Below, one piece after another: positions 1-12,905 of a stretch of 64,000 bases of DNA. The stretch is from NCBI GenBank assembly GCA_002633005.1, contig NMRA01000401.1, forward strand, positions 207,827-271,826. Reading direction: 5' to 3'. Numbering within the stretch: position 1 is the stretch's first letter; each line of letters begins with the position of its first letter. The DNA comes from Phoronis australis. Taxonomy: Eukaryota > Animalia > Phoronida. The position numbers and the translations under genes are program-made. Under the pieces are notes generated by a model. The model was not told the origin of the DNA, searched no databases, and worked only from the letters and a program-made list of their open reading frames with translations.

Positions 1-1175
1 AATTAAGTAGAAAGCATACAAATTATTTCCAATTTCATCATTTGAAAAGTCTACGTCTGAATCGCCGTCGACAGACATTTTGTCAATCTAAATTCTTGGA
101 AAACCCCTTCAATAACTCACCACGTTACATCTCAACAACGAATCAGAAAAGCTGTTAGAAATGAAGGTAAGTCTATATTTAAATTTGTGATGTACACAAA
201 AGAATTCCCCTTATCAACCAATCAAATGTGTTGTTGCTTGAAGTTTGGCATGTCATTACACCGATAAAGCAGTCCACGGTGTTGAATGGATGTAAGTTTC
301 AGAGACCGCTTAAGCGGTCTGCAGTGTTGAAAGGGGGACATGCTGGTACATCATCATTGATACAAAAATTATATCAAGTACGGTTTCATCACAAAGACCG
401 TAAAACTGATGAAAATTGACAGTAACCAAGGCAACCTAGTGACTGCAGTATGTATAACTATTCAATAAGACAAACTGATGCCACACATTTCTTTTGTGAG
501 ATACGAAGCAACTGCTGCGGGAATGGGTGTGTACTCATAAAGAAGAGAAAAGAAACTAGGGTAAAATCTCGCCACTCTGGGATGCAATAAAGCGGACAAG
601 CAAAATATTATTTTCTCCTTTTTTCACTGCAAATGATGGACAGCTCCACCACATACATTTGAGCTCGATTCCATAGCTACCAATGGACAATATTTTGTGG
701 AATTTTGGGAATTCACAGCAAGTCTATAAATGTTGAAACTGTTTGAAAAGCTAAAACAGATCAATTTTGGGAATCACATTTTTCTGAAATTATGAGATTT
801 TACCATAGATTGTTAAACACCCTATGTTTTAGGTACGATAAAATCTCACTAAATTCGAACACAATACAGCCAGAAATTTATTATCATTCCATTGAAATAG
901 TTGCAGCAGCAAATTAAATACTTCTTAATCTACTATCGTTATCTTGAATGCCCACAATTTTTCAGAACTTTTGTCCGATGGTGACTGGTAGAAATCTGGA
1001 AGCCCTTGAAAAATCAAAAGGCATTTTGAGAATTATTTTTGTCCATCTTTAACCAGGCAAGCATCAATGTCTCCACAAACTCATGGACATGCGCGTCGCG
1101 CTTTAATCACTAAGCTACTGAACGTTCTCAAACATAAAAGTAACTAGGCACCACCTGTAATACAGGGCCACTTAC

Positions 1176-1314
1176 AGACTGAGTTTCTCAAAGCTCTTGA
1201 CAGAATAGAGCGGTGAGTTGGGGTCCTTTTGTAACACCTCAAGATCTGCTTTGGTTGTCACCAGTTTCTTGTGCAGTGCCTTCTGCAGCAACGAAATCTC
1301 TTCGGGCGAGAGCG
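1176..1314 (-). CDS. DDX19: DDX19 exon 3
   Basis: TCTCAG acceptor, LEVLQKDPNSPLYSVKSFEKLSL, donor GTAAGT. Confidence 0.93.
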
Positions 1315-4300
1315 CTGAGACAGAGAAAACAATAAAGCGCTGAGACAGAACAGAAAACAATGATAAGCTCAAAGCAGATAAAATATTCTAGCAAACCGAA
1401 AGTGGAAGAAGCATTCAATTCCCATTGGCGAAACATACGACTAGAACAAGATAATAAACGTAGGTCTAACAACCAGTGCAATTCATTGTACTCTATTCTA
1501 CAGACATGTAAGACAAAAAGTTTTGACACTCTTTATACTTAGAATACAATACAACCGTATTCGCCGTAATAACTGCACACGCCCCTATAAGCGCACCCCA
1601 CACATTTTCAGACTTTGCCAAAATAAGCGCCCAGTCCATGAACATGTACGTGCAAAATATGCCTTACCTAAGTCCTAAAATTCTACAGTAAGGTCTTCAA
1701 TTTATCAATAATATCTGACAGTTCTGAAAAAAATCATTGTGCGCAGAATTTGTAGACCACGAGCCTCGCCGCTATGTCGGTATTTAGCCGTGACTATACA
1801 CTTCAAACTTCCGCCATGCCTCAAAACGAACACAAACGTTCTGCTGATATTGCGAAGACCAATGGTCTGGCCTTTCAGAACAGAAGTAGTGTACTTGTCT
1901 ACGGGATTGCTTTGTAGATATTTCCTGCTTTCAACAGGAATCCAAATTTCTTTGTAGGCCTACACGTGAAAACCGCGAATCGAAGACTAATAAAAAGCTT
2001 GACCAGTGTTAAAAGCATGTGGCCAGGAAGCGCGAGCTACATACATGAACCTGTCATCAAAGACATTAGTCGGGAACTATCCAGTCATGAAACAGGTAGC
2101 ACAGCATCGGCAAGAAATGAATATTGGCACTAATTTCCGACAGTTTCTCATACTATAAAAAATGTTTGCGTTATTTTTAAGATGAATTGTTTGATTAATC
2201 ATAATTGGTGTTTTTAAGCCAAATATCCAACAAAATGACCACTGACAGTGAATGCTTACACACCTTGACACCGAAAAATAACTGTCAGATAGTCACGTAC
2301 ACCTCCAGCCACACAGCTACTACTATGGTCTTACCGAGACAAATGTCGAACGTTTTTAGCACATGAGACCGGCATGCCCTGAATGAAACACGCTCTGNTG
2401 AATTGTTTGATTAACCATAATTGGTGTTTTTAAGCCAAATATCCAACAAAATGACCACTGACAGTGAATGCTTACACACCCTTACACCGAAAAATAACTG
2501 TCAGATAGTCACGTACACCTCCAGCCACACAGCTACTACTATGGTCTTACCGAGACAAATGTCGAACGTTTTTAGCACATGAGACCGGCATGCGCTAAAT
2601 GAAACACGCTCTGGTTTAGGCCTACTGCTTGTGCAAATTTCTTTAGATACAATGCACATCTAGATCGTTTGATTGCGTGGCTCTGGCTAAAAGACGGACT
2701 CTGCTCTGGCAAATGAACTCTGGTGACATGCACGCGCTCGCTTACTCACAAATGCAGACAACTTCAAAACAAACGTCACGTGACAACAACATGTGTATTC
2801 GTCCAGACATTTTTCTCATGTTGCCGATCATACATGTAGATGGCATGATGTAGCACAGATTTGTACTTAAACCTGCCGTGATCCCGACTCCACGGGAACT
2901 TAAAAATCTTAGGGATGCTACTTGGAAAACTCAAGGAGGATTTCAGGTAATTTGCTCGAGTCGAAACTGTATTTTTATTCAAGCATTCAAATCGCCACAT
3001 CGACGATTGCGAGGCATACAGTCGGCGAGTTTTCACCCTGGGATTTCAGGACAATTTTCTGTAAAATGATTGTAATTTAGCAGCAAAGTTTGATAGCAAT
3101 GCACCACGGTTTTGTAGGAAGTCCTAAATAGATTACAGATGCGCCACAGAGCGTAAATATGATGAATCATAGCTTCCGATTTCACCCGTTTCGGAGACCG
3201 GGTTTCAACGGCCTTGGGTTATAATAAGCGCTCCCCTGAAACGAACTTTTCTAAGCGCCCTGGGCGGTTATTACGGTGAATACGGTATGCCTTCTTACAC
3301 TTAAATGTGTTTGTGACTGTCATTCTTAACAAGGGGTTATTTCATTACCTGAAAATATTCTACAGTACCCATCAAGCAGTGGAACAGACAAGTAACATTA
3401 CGTTAACTTGGCAAAGTTACCAAATACAGAGTTACCTTCAAATTAGAATTTTAGCAGGCACTGAATATTAATTAAATCTGCCATTTCCAGATGACCAGCC
3501 GAAAGACTGCCATCAGAGAAAGTAACACGTTATTAAATTCCAGAGCTGCGTATGATAGCGCACCTGAGAATTATTATTATTTTCCACCCAATGTCGTGTT
3601 TTGCAGTTGGTATTTATCCACGATGTTGGCGCTTTTTTAAAAGCCCAAAACTAACAAGCGACAAAGACAAGTCCATCACGAATGCAGACTACAATACCCA
3701 CAACACCTGAACTTACTGTTCATTAAAACGTAATAGAATTTTGAGAACCAGTTTTCTCCACTGAATAACATGCATCAAACAGATTGTCAAAATATACCCA
3801 TGTTATGTCAGACTATTGGCTATTAAAACTACACAAAAGCTTCTATTTTTCTGAAAAAAAAACACTATTACCCCAGACAAAAAAGAAGAAATATCGTAGT
3901 GAGGGAGCCTAGACACAAGCTTCATGGAAGCCAGTAAACACCTTAATGTCTTTTTTCACAGCCTCTTTTAAACAGCATTTCATAGATTCCAATGTTCTGA
4001 TAAAAAGCACAGCACCACTGAGTTCTAAAGCTAGTGTGTCCCACCTTTCTCCTCTCCTTCAGCCGAGGAACTAGCAGCTTGAGCTTCTTCCCACCCGCCA
4101 TTATCTACCGCAGTTGCTGCTGCTGCTGCTGCTACTGTTGGAGAGGGGGCGTCTCCACGTCCAGTCACTGGAGGTCGCTTGGGTATGGCTCCACCACCGG
4201 GCTGGGAAATGTTTAAATTTTCAACCTACAATTCAGGTTAGACGAGTTAAAATTATTACAAAATGTTCCTATACAAAATGAAAAAGAATTCAATCAGGTT

Positions 4301-7300
4301 ATATCTATGTATGACTTCTAGGGTATAGGTCAGAACCAACAAATTAGGCCCATCCCGAAACAGCACAGCACCACTCTCATTCTAAGGTATTTACCCACAA
4401 TGCAATGCATGAGTTGGGCACTCATCTTGCTTCTTCACTCGCAAATACACAAGCAAATACAGTTATTGTAAATGTAGGCCAACTTGTGCTATTGCATTTT
4501 GAGATGCAATGCTAACAACAATAAATCTATGCTGGATATATCATTGTTGGATATTAGTCCATTGTAATTTAATTGCGGAACTCATGCCATTTTGAAATAT
4601 ACAATAGTTCAGTCGTGCAATGCATTCTTCTATCTGTGCGACAGATGAGAGTTCAATCTAGGATCACCCTTAGATTTGAAAAATAACACGTATACAAGTC
4701 TGCTCCACGGTTTTGAGTTTGGATCATGGCACATGTGTAAGTGTAGAATATAAGTAGTATTCACATGAGAATACTTCCTAGCTGGTAACCTTGCTAGAGA
4801 CGCAGTGCAGTCCATCCTTCATACGGAAATTCCACATTCTATCTTTTTGCTGCAACCAATCAAATTTACACCAATTCCTGCGAAATTAACATATTTGTGA
4901 CCCACTTCTAAGAGTTCATTCATGTTCATAACTAGGAGAGCACTTTTGCCAGGTTACATGTATGTATCTCTTAGCTTGGGCTCAAGCATGTCAAGCATTG
5001 GTCTCACCTTCAACAGGGGACCATAGTTAACGTGCGTGTGCAGTAGGCGAGTTCATCTGTGGTTGCTGAAGTTGCAGAGATGGTAATTATCGATTTATTT
5101 TGGAGTACCAGTTTCTTGCCAAGATAGAAGAAATTGCCATTTAAGGATAGCTGTACCTCTGTCTCATAAATTTCGTTGCTTTTTGAATATGCCTTTTATT
5201 CTAATGGCGAAATATGCGAGGATTTCAAATATATTTTGTTTTACCCCTAAAAGTGCATTTTTCTACTTAAAATCGCTGCTTCAGAAGCTCTTCCTAGCAT
5301 ATGTGTCAATCAAATCATATTTTGCACCAAACTTATCCCACAATGCAAAGCCCCATTGTTCATCAGTAGACAAAGCACATCCCTCAACATGCCATTATTA
5401 TTATTTAATGTTGATAACCGATCGATACCAATAACATGGTTCAGAAATGAAGGGGAAAGAATTTGTCCTACTGGAAAACAAAATTAACGAAAAGTGGGCC
5501 GCGAAATAATAAGTTGGTTCCGTTGGCAACTAAGTCAAAAAAATTGTCAGCTAGAGTAAAAAAGGAGAAACAATCCAGTGGCAGTGTGTTTGCATTGATC
5601 AGCAGATGATGACACACACACTAGAAATCTCTTGAAAAGCACTTAAATTAGGTGTCGACAAGTCCACAGTCAAATCGGTAGTCAATGGTTGTAAAAAATC
5701 ACAATCATCCAAATTTTAATCCCTCGGCAAGTTCACCCCGAACACATAGATATCCAACTCTTCGATCACAGCCATGGACTCTAATCTAACTTCAGTAAAA
5801 CCAAAAGAAAGGATTGCTACTGTTGTTTAAACATTACTCCATGTCATCGGACCTTTAAATCTTTATTTACTTATCGGTTGTCACATTTTGTTAAAAACTT
5901 GGCAAGACCATTTGTTTTGAAGAATTCAACTGATTCACGGATACTACTTTTAGACATAAGATTCCAAAACCAAGACAATTATCATTTTTGGGCAAAATAT
6001 TCAGGACTTTCATTCAGTCTAAAAATAGAGAGGCTGAAATAGACGGCTTCGGCCGGTGCATGGAGTCAGGCAGGTTCCACGGTTTTGGTTTGGACTCTTA
6101 ACTTTGAAGCATGAAAGGGTTCAGCAACAATGAATACAAAATGGCCAACTTGTCAGCCAAATAATTGTTCACAGGGGAAAAAGCATAGAAAATTAATAGA
6201 TGTAGACCAGAATAAGCTTCACCAGAAAACGATTTCAAAATAACTAAACATATATTAAAGGTTATTCGGAGCTCGAGAGTAAGCATTGAGCACTGACATC
6301 GACTTTAACATTTTCAACCCCACAGAGTAAATGCCACGTAATGCACAATTCCTGATTTGAATTGTATTGGTAACTATCCTGTTAATTTTAATCAAAATAG
6401 TTCTTGACTTAACGTCCTTCAGGTCAACAATGTGACCTCAGATTGTGTTTAACGATCTGCGAAGAAGTCACCACTGCAAGTATCAAAGTCAGGCGTAACA
6501 ATTCGCCCAAATTCAATTCAAACTTCACTTCCAAACTTTAAACTACTATCAGTTTTCCTATATTTAATACATTTGGTTCACAACTATAAAGTTTATGTTG
6601 TGAAATCAGTGTATTTGCCACCACAGCAGTCAGCACACATCAAACACGCGGTAAACAGACGGAAGTCAGAATTGTTTAAGAAAAAACGTGCAAGATCAGT
6701 AAAACATACACTGCCAGCGTATGTAGTCGTCTGTGTTCCTACCTTCGCTGGGCAAAGCAGGATATACTTAGCCACTCGCCCAGTCGCCAATGCAAGTAAA
6801 AATGGTGCTGGGCGAGTAGAAGTTGACTTGCTGGTCGCCCAGGTGGCGAGCGAATTTTCAGAGCGCAAAAGCACTATATCGTTTCCCAGATGAAAATGAA
6901 TAAATTTTCTCCTCCTTGTGCTGTTTTTATCATGAATTTAAGGTTCAGTTTGGTCAGCGTTATGATGCTCGGCAGTAACAAACATTGGCGCAGTGCAATC
7001 CTACCGATTCAGTAGATGTCACCCGTTACACTATTCATCTAGAAAAAAGATCAGTGCGTGGTCGTGCACAAAGGAATTTGTGGACTAGTCCAAAACAAAG
7101 AAAAGGGGGGAAAGGCAGAAGACCGGTCCGTGTGCTCATCACAGCAAGTGAAATACCATACTTCTTGAAACTTATTTCTTATTGTAATGTACTATGTCAT
7201 TTTGGCCAAAATTATTTTGTAAATAACATTCGTCCTAATAAGCGCCCATGCCACTATAAGCGCCCCCAATTCAGACTTCGCTAAAATAAGCGCCCAGTCC

Positions 7301-10300
7301 ATGAACGTGTACATATGCGAAAAATGCCTTAAGGCCAACCTACAGTTCTAAAATTCTACAGTAATCTTCTTCAAATTATCAATAACATCCGACAGACCGA
7401 TGAGCATCGCCGCTATGTTGGTATTCAGCCGTGGCTGTACACTTCAAACTTCCAAAGTGCTTCAAAAAGAATGCTAAAGTTTTGCTGATCTTGCAAGGAA
7501 CGTGTCCCACTATTAAGGTCAGGCCTTTCAGAACAGACTCAGCGTGCTTGTCAATGGGATTGTATTGTATAATCTTTCCCGTACAGATCTTCTCCGTCAA
7601 CAAGAATCCAGATAACTTCGTACACATAAAAAAGCGAATCGAAACTTGACCAGTGTTAATGAGCACGTGGCCAAGAAGCGCGTGCTAGGGCTTACATACA
7701 TGTGGGCCTGCTACTCTGACGAATAAACTGATGACATGCCCACGGTCGCTCACTCGGCGCACACTTGCAGACTATCCTCAAAACAAACGTCACTTGTCAA
7801 CAACATGTGTGTTCGTCCAGATTTTGCTGTGCTCACCAGGGGTGCGATCTAGCGCAGATTTGGACTTAATTTACGGTTAATCTCGACTCCACAGGAACTT
7901 AAAAATCTTAGAGTTGCTATTTGGAAAACTTAAGGAGGGTTTCAGGTAATTTCTTGAGTCGAAACTGTATTTTTACTCAAGAATTCAAGTTGCCCTATCG
8001 ACAATCGCGAGGCAGCAACGTATCAGTCAGCAAGTTTTCGCCCTGGGATTTCAGTACATTTTAAAAAAAAAAGTAATTTAACAACAAAGTTTGGTAGGAA
8101 TGCACCACAGTTTTGTAGAAAGTCTGCCATAGGTTACAGATACGTCACAGCGCGTAAATTTCATGAATCCTAGCTTCCGATTTCACCCGTTTCAGTGACT
8201 GGGTTTCAACCGCCTTAGGCTAGAACAAGCGCCCCCCCCTTCCGAAACGAATTTTTCTAAGCACCTTGGGTGTTTATTAAGGTGAATACGGTAGCCCCAA
8301 TAAATGGTGACATCAACGCAAGAAACGGCAATTTTCATTAACACGGCAGCAAGTTTGTGGTGACAGACGCAAACGGCAGGGCGACTGAACTTCGAGCAGG
8401 ATGAGTAGATTTTCTGGCTCACTCACCCAGCTGGCGAGCAGGGTCCGTGTGAAGGAAGAATTGAGTTAGAGATAGAATGGTACATATTAATTTTCTTATG
8501 GGGAGAAATTGAAGAGGTATGCGTAAGTTTCTTAGAAATTTTTTCTTTAGTTGACAATTTCGATGCTAGTTTTGGCAACCTAGGAGATTCACCAAGTCGC
8601 CAATTGCAGGGTTATATAAAAACAAGATGTGGCAAACCACAGGATAATCGAGTTCCACAAATGAAGTGGAAGTTGAGATACAGGCGACAAAATCCTTTGT
8701 ACTGTAGTGAAAAATAACCAAGTCCAAGTTTCGAACCCGATACCTCTCGCTTCAATACAAGGCATCTTTGGGAAAATATGTAGGTTATTTGTCTCTCAAC
8801 GACTTGTAAATAAAAAAGGCATCTTAACCAGTCGACCAAAGACCAATTGCCCGTAGGCGAGTGATTAAAAGAGGCCTTTATATCACTACACTCACTGCAG
8901 ATTCACAACACGACCCACTTTAGGCACTATACAATTTTACCAAGTTTTCAGAAAAATCAGAAAAGGGGCCCTTTGGCTTTGGGGTATTGTGAAATTGGAG
9001 AACAATCAAAACAATTTAAAAAATTAACGACTTGGTCTGAATGAACTGAACATGCTATATTCCATGGACCAACAACACTTTATACTTTCAATGGACAAAA
9101 TCTGTGGTCTTACGCATAAGCCATTATGTCATTATTCACTAGCGACACCTGACCAAATTATTTGGTGTTATTTCTGGCAAGTACGTCACCTGTTAATTAT
9201 GGTCAGCTGCTGTGTGGTCGGGTGGTAGTAGCATTGTTAAAAGTTCTCACGATACCAACAGTTCTACTATTGGAAGACTTTGAACAGCATTTCAATGCCG
9301 AAATAAAATTTTTCATTGATTACACTGGACAGTAAAATAGATGAGAGAATTTCCCGTCACAATATACTAACCGGATACTAAAACAGATAATTTAGGAGAG
9401 TGGCACAGATTGTACTGAAACTCCCTCGACCACACACCCCTCCACCCACAACCCCCACGACCTGTAGCAATAGAGGTATTTGTGCGCTTTTGTACGTCGC
9501 TTAGTGACTTTCCCATAAGACGTACCTACACGCGCGTCTTCTGTGGCTCAAGTCTGGTGGTCAAAAACAGAAAGTCGGGCGTGAGAATGTGGTCTTGAAT
9601 AGCGCAATGTGAGCGGGCTATTGTTGTCACCATAGACTATAGTCTATAACCTATGTTGTAACGGAAATTGTTCCATGAGCGGCTACCAATGGCCCTGCAG
9701 TTCTACTAACCTTATGGAGAGAGTACGTTAACGTGAATTACTACATAAATACATATTTTATTATTTGCTTTATGTTGTTTACTCGTTTACAATATAATCT
9801 ATACAACGTTGAAACGCATTTTAGTTAACAGTTTGTTTTTTCAAACTGTATTTACCGATGAAATTATAGTTTTGTCGGTTCCTCACATTCTATGCAAAAA
9901 AGGTTGAATTTGCCTTTCACTGAAGAGCAGACGAGACGGTTACACTCTGCCGGGAACGACAATTGTAACGTTGGTAGGTTTTTCATTTGATTTGGTCACG
10001 TTGTTTATTTTTGTTTTTGGCTTTCAACCTTGCCGCATCAACTCTCTTAATTGCAAATAAAACAGGGAAAAGCCAGCTGAGCTGACGGCCCAACACATTG
10101 TGCTTGTTCTATGCTCAGATCGAGTCGAGCTTGTGTAGACTGGCTGGGTCGAGGGGGTCGTGAGTTTAGGGGTGTGGGGGTCAAGAGGGTTTAAGAACAA
10201 TCCGAGTGGCGCCTCCTCTAGGATAGTAGAGGGATATACTACTTACTTAGCCATTTGCCCAGTCGCCAATGCGAGTAAAAATGGTGCTGGGAGAGTAGAA

Positions 10301-12420
10301 GTTGACTTGCCGGTCGCCCAGGTGGCGAGCGAATTTTCAGAGCACGAAAGCATAATGTCGTTTCCCAGATGAACATGAATACATTTTCTCCTCCTTGTGC
10401 TGTTTTTATCATGAATTTAAGGTTCAGTTTGGTCAGCGTGTCAATCCTACAGCAGTGAAAACCATCGGTGCAGGGTGATCTTACCGATTCAGTAGATGTC
10501 AACTGTTATGCGATTTGTCTAGACAAAAAATCTCAGTGTGTGGTCGTGCACAAATGAATTTGTGAACTAGTCCGAAACGAAGAAAAGGGGGGAAAGGCAG
10601 AAGACCAGTCCATGTGCTCACAGCAAGTGAAATACCATATTTCTTGAAACTGATTTCTTATTGTATAGTACCATGTCATTTTAGTCAAAATTATTTAATT
10701 TCTAAATAATAACATTTGTCCTAACTAAGCGCTCATGCCCCTATAAGCTCCCCCTCTACTTGTTTTCAGACTTCGCTAAAATAAGCGCCCAGCCCATGAA
10801 CGGATACATGTGCGAAATGCCTTACCTACAGTTCTAAAATTCCATGCGCGCACCCAGCCTAAAATATAGAGGGGCTTGAATTTCTTGGTATGCGGACCTT
10901 TAAATGAGATATCAACGTGGAGTAAAAATCAACATGTACTAAAAAAAATAAAAAACAACGGGGCCGCTAGGTTCAGGCCAACGAATTGTGCATCCGTGCC
11001 GAATTCCTGTGGTCTTTGTGGACTTTTGAATCGTTTGCTCGGACTTTTTGTTTCATTTGAGCACCCCTCCCACCCTGGGTGCGCCCATAAATTCTACAGT
11101 AATGTCTTCAGTTTATCAATAATATCCGACAGTCCCGAAAATTCATATTGCGTGGAATTTGTAGAGCACAAGCCTCGTCGCTATATTGGTATTTAGCCGT
11201 GGATTTACACTTCAAACTTCCGCAGTGCTTCAAAAAGAACGCAAAAGTTTTGCTGATCTTGCGAGGATCATGTCCCACTATGGTCAGGCCTTTCAGAACA
11301 GACGCAGCGTACTTGTCAACAGGATTGTATTGTATCTTTCCCCTACATATCTTCTCCGTCAACAAGAATCCAGATTACTTTGTACACATAAAAAATGCGA
11401 ATCGAAACTTGACCAGTGTTAATGAGCACGTGGCCAAGAAGCGCGCGCTAGGTCCTGCTACTCTGGCAAATGAACTCTGACGACACGCACGCGCTCGCTC
11501 ACTCGGCGCACACCTGCAGACTAACTTCAAAACAAACGTCACCGTCACGTGACGACAACATATGTGTTCGTCCAGATTTTTCTCGTGTTGCCAGGTGCGA
11601 TCTAGCGCAGATTTGGACTTAATCTGTGGTTAATCCCGACTCCACAGGAACTTAAAAATCTTAGGGACACTATTTGTAAAACTTAGGAGGTTTTCAGGCA
11701 ATTTGTTGAGTCGAAACTGTATTTTTACTCAAGAATTCAAGTTGCCCTATCGACAATCGCCAGGCAGCAACGCATCAGTCAGCAAGTTTTTGGCCCCGGG
11801 ATTTCAGCACATTTCTTTTTAAAGATCAGAGTTTGATAGCAATGCACCGCAGTTTTGTAGAAAGACTGTCATAGGTTACAGATACGTCACCCCGCGTAAA
11901 TTTGCTAAATCCTGGCTTCTGATTTCACCCGTTTCGGAGACCGGGTTTCAAGAGCTTAGGCTACAACAAGCGCCCCCCTTCCAAAAACAAATTTTCTAAG
12001 CACCCTGGGTGCTTAATAGGGTGAATACAGCAGCCCTAATAGATGGTGAAATCAACGCACGAAACAACGATTTTTAATTTTAATTATTGACACTGGCAGC
12101 AAGTTTGTGGTGACAGACGCAAACGGCGGGGCGACTGAACTTCGGGCTGGGCGAGTAGATTTTCTGGCTCACTTGCCCAGCTGGCGAGCAGGGTTTTGAA
12201 ACATGGGTACACAAGAAAATGTTGGAGTTGCGAATCTGCTGTCTGCTGAAACTAGTAAGACTTAGACTAATGTCAATGAAAGTGAAAATGACCGAAAAAC
12301 AGACAGTGACAGAACAAATTTGAGCAGAAATTACCCCGATTAAAAACGTAAATTCACCTTAGCCGCAATCTTGTGACCTTCTTGTTCTTCAATCGCTTTA
12401 GCCCAGTCATCATCGGCCAT
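1176..12420 (-). CDS. DDX19: ATP-dependent RNA helicase DDX19/Dbp5 (DDX19/DDX25 family); 5' part only, gene continues past the left edge
   Basis: Exons 12358-12420, 4045-4225 and 1176-1314 join in phase (0, 1) with GT-AG introns. They give MADDDWAKAIEEQEGHKIAAK...ALSPEEISLLQKALHKKLVTTKADLEVLQKDPNSPLYSVKSFEKLSL, which matches the DDX19 N-terminus and the EVLQxDPNSPLYSVKSFE signature. Confidence 0.93.
1554..3287. mobile_element. Non-autonomous TIR DNA transposon (Tc1/mariner-pogo-like ends) carrying a decayed HIRAN-like coding remnant
   Basis: TIRs ACCGTATTCGCCGTAATAACTGC / GCGGTTATTACGGTGAATACGGTA, subterminal TAAGCGC repeats, TA at the right end; internal homology to 7230-8293 and 10715-12031. 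Confidence 0.75.
2183..2613. repeat. ~215-bp tandem duplication around a single N (likely assembly overlap)
   Basis: 2183-2397 is repeated at 2399-2613, with n at 2398. Confidence 0.75.
4045..4225 (-). CDS. DDX19: DDX19 exon 2 (low-complexity, Ala-rich)
   Basis: TGTAG acceptor, open frame VENLNISQPGGGAIPKRPPVTGRGDAPSPTVAAAAAATAVDNGGWEEAQAASSSAEGEEK, donor GTGGG; phases 0 and 1 fit both neighbours. Confidence 0.75.
6765..8444. mobile_element. Composite repeat copy A: GGCGAG/CTCGCC-rich outer element containing the HIRAN-bearing element
   Basis: Collinear with 10244-12194 along its full length; inner part 7230-8293 is homologous to 1554-3287. Confidence 0.75.
10244..12194. mobile_element. Composite repeat copy B, with an extra MITE inserted
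   Basis: Collinear with 6765-8444; interrupted at 10843-11089. Confidence 0.75.
10843..11089. mobile_element. MITE of ~247 bp with 5-bp TSD AATTC
   Basis: TIR CATGCGCGCACCCAG / CTGGGTGCGCCCATA; the empty site CTAAAATTCTAC is visible in copy A; a second copy starts at 45172. Confidence 0.8.
12358..12420 (-). CDS. DDX19: DDX19 exon 1
   Basis: ATG at 12418-12420, MADDDWAKAIEEQEGHKIAAK, donor GTGAA, phase 0. Confidence 0.88.
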
Positions 12421-12847
12421 TGTACAGAACTATTTATCGTAACCTGTGTTTTATCAATACCACACAAAAGTACTCTACTTCAGCCGGAAAAGTATGGCTG
12501 CCCCCACATGAAGACCGAACGCGATTGAAAGACACAACTGTAACATAATTGCGATTTTGTCTTTTGAAAATCCTCATTTGAAAGTTAATTTGCAACGTAT
12601 CTGTAAAACTGATCATTAATGTTCGATAGTCTCTTCGATTCTCACCCGGTGTTAAATAACGAACAGTGGCGTTTGTAGAGAGCTTTATTTCTAGGTCACA
12701 ATATTGAGGTCAAACCGCTCGATGACACCGTATGTTTGGAATCTTATTCTTCACTCGGCTTTGTACCTTAGTGCTGCTTGACAAGCGCACCACTTTGGTC
12801 ACGTTTAACATCATGGACGTGGTATTCAGCTGACTGCTGGAGATTTG
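12421..12847. promoter_or_regulatory. Bidirectional promoter and 5' UTRs shared by DDX19 and WDCP
   Basis: Divergent start codons only 427 bp apart. Confidence 0.75.
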
Positions 12848-12905
12848 ATGATGGAGCTGGGGAAGGTGTTTTTACCCAGAAAATCTGTGAATGCCCTGTT
12901 CTCTG
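12848..12905 (+). CDS. WDCP: WDCP exon 1
   Basis: MMELGKVFLPRKSVNALFS, donor GTGAG. Confidence 0.9.

Noticed and set aside
80-120. Minus-strand ELLKG resembling the next DDX19 exon
   Set aside because: It continues FSKNLD* rather than the conserved VYxMGFNxPSKIQ, and has no suitable acceptor
2183-2613. Biological tandem repeat (likewise 53774-54716)
   Set aside because: The copies are separated by a single N, typical of unmerged contig overlaps
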